NCBI RefSeq assembly: GCF_006345805.1
Contig: NW_021827670.1
Location: 1-9,911 of the forward strand
Reading direction: 5' to 3'
Length of the DNA stretch: 9,911 nt
DNA from: Octopus sinensis
Lineage: Eukaryota
The first letter of the stretch is position 1; every line of letters begins with the position of its first letter. This document shows, in pieces, positions 8,411 through 9,911 of the stretch. The notes beneath the pieces were generated by a model. The model saw nothing but the letters and a program-made list of their open reading frames with translations, was not told the DNA's origin and did no database searches. The position numbers and the translations under genes are program-made.

Positions 8411-8793
8411 GGAGGCGCAATGGCCCAGTGGTTAGGGCAGCGGACTCGCGGTCATAGGATCGCGGTTTCGATTCCCAGACCGGGTGTTGTGAGTGTTTAT
8501 TGAGCGAATACACCTAAAGCTCCACGAGGCTCCGGCAGGGGATGGTGGTGATCCCTGCTGTACTCTTTCACCACAACTTTCCCTCACTCTTACTTCCTGT
8601 TTCTGTTGTATCTGTTTTTCAAAGGGCCGGCCTTGTCACTCCCTGTGTCACGCTGAATATCCCCGAGAACTACGTTAAGGGTGCACGTGTCTGTGGAGTG
8701 CTCAGCCACTTACACGTTAATTTCACGAGCAGGCTGTTCCGTTGATTCGGATCAACCGGAACCCTCATCGACGTAACCGACGGAGTGCTTCCA
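8411..8793 (+). mobile_element. Full-length-looking tRNA-derived SINE (second family, ~383 bp)
   Basis: Canonical A box TGGCCCAGTGG (8421-8431) and B box GGTTTCGATTCCC (8464-8476), followed by a GC-rich body; flanked by (TG)n and (TA)/(TG)n. Confidence 0.85.
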
Positions 8794-8802
8794 TATATAT
8801 AT

Positions 8803-8816
8803 CTGTGTGTGTGTGC

Positions 8817-8878
<62 letters not shown>
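8803..8878. repeat. (TG)n microsatellite
   Basis: About 29 uninterrupted GT units from 8821, plus an imperfect 5' extension. Confidence 0.97.
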
Positions 8879-8882
<4 letters not shown>

Positions 8883-9038
8883 ATGCACGTATCTAAATAT
8901 ACATATATAACTTAGAATACAGAGACACAGAAAATGAAAGGGAGATCCTATGGTATTACAATCCGGCAACTGTTTGTGAGGGGTCAGTCCTGTAATATTT
9001 GCTTTGGAAATTACTTGGTGACCCAACCTTTCCTAAAA

Positions 9039-9183
9039 GTGGTTGGCATAAAGATCGGCATCCAGTCACAGAAACCATGCTAAGAGAGATAATGGGAACC
9101 TGGTGCAGCTCTCTGGCTTACCAGTTCCCATCAAAGCGCCCAACGCATGCCAGTTGGAAAACAGACGTTAAACGATGATGATT
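9039..9183 (+). mobile_element. 3' tail of an RTE-type LINE/SINE
   Basis: GTGGTTGGC...GGCATCCAG...CCTGGTGCAGC...GGAAAACAGACGTTAAACGATGATGAT; inverted homologue of 4258-4411. Confidence 0.7.
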
Positions 9184-9769
9184 ATTATTTATGTATGTAA
9201 ACATACGGACCTATAGAATGAGGACTGATGCTAAGAATGGCCAATGATCTGGTGTTCATAATAACAGCAACAACAAAGACAACGATATTTAAAAAAAAAC
9301 AGAAAATAATTTGTTAATTGAAACAAATAGAAGAATAATAAGTACCTGTATAAATAATTGGGTTTTCTGTTGGAATCTGAAGAGATTGTCTCGCAAGAAT
9401 ATATTGGATGCTCAGCGTGCTTCGAGAAGTGCGATGAAATATACAGAAACCCCGTTCAGTTTACTCTTATTTATAATGAGATTACCAGACTTGTCCACGT
9501 TGTATATTGAGATAAGGTGTGAACTTTACACACAGGGCGTTGCGCATTTAATCACGAGGACAAATGATAAATCTTGACATTAGTTATAGCAGTTGTGTAT
9601 GTGTGTATGTTACATCTATATGTGTGCCCGTATATATTTATGTATGTGTGTGTGTTTGTAGGCGTAGCAGGTTCTCACTGCAGGTAAAAAGGAGAAACTA
9701 CTTGCATATGTGAATATACACACACACACACCATACATCTTAATTTCATATATTTCGTACCAATAGGAC

Positions 9770-9854
9770 ATTATCCCTATATATATAATATGTGGTGTGG
9801 TGTGTGTTGTGGTATGTGTTGATGTATGATGATATGTATGTATATATACATATA

Positions 9855-9888
<34 letters not shown>

Positions 9889-9911
9889 ATAATATATATA
9901 TATATAGTGTA
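9770..9911. repeat. Compound (TA)/(TG) low-complexity tract
   Basis: Direct inspection. Confidence 0.9.

Noticed and set aside
8411-8485. tRNA gene
   Set aside because: A and B boxes are good, but the acceptor and anticodon stems do not pair and a long SINE body follows.
9311-9577. 88-aa ORF starting at TTG
   Set aside because: Non-ATG start, no recognisable motif, AT-rich background.

Overview
Eukaryotic, AT-rich, microsatellite-saturated non-coding DNA. The SINE families and repeat style match what I recall from octopus (coleoid cephalopod) genomes; this assignment is from memory, not a search. No intact host gene is supported, and nearly all ORF-track entries are (TA)n/(TG)n/(CAT)n artefacts. 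The window is a transposon graveyard with four decayed protein fossils (RTE LINE RT, DD37D/maT transposase, Ty3/Gypsy integrase, Penelope-like RT), several tRNA-derived SINE copies, RTE-type 3' tails and a local duplication. The standout is a type I hammerhead ribozyme motif with a fully intact catalytic core on the minus strand (about 2217-2317). It has the short palindromic helix III typical of Penelope-like element ribozymes and sits in a ~230 bp island between two (TA)n tracts.
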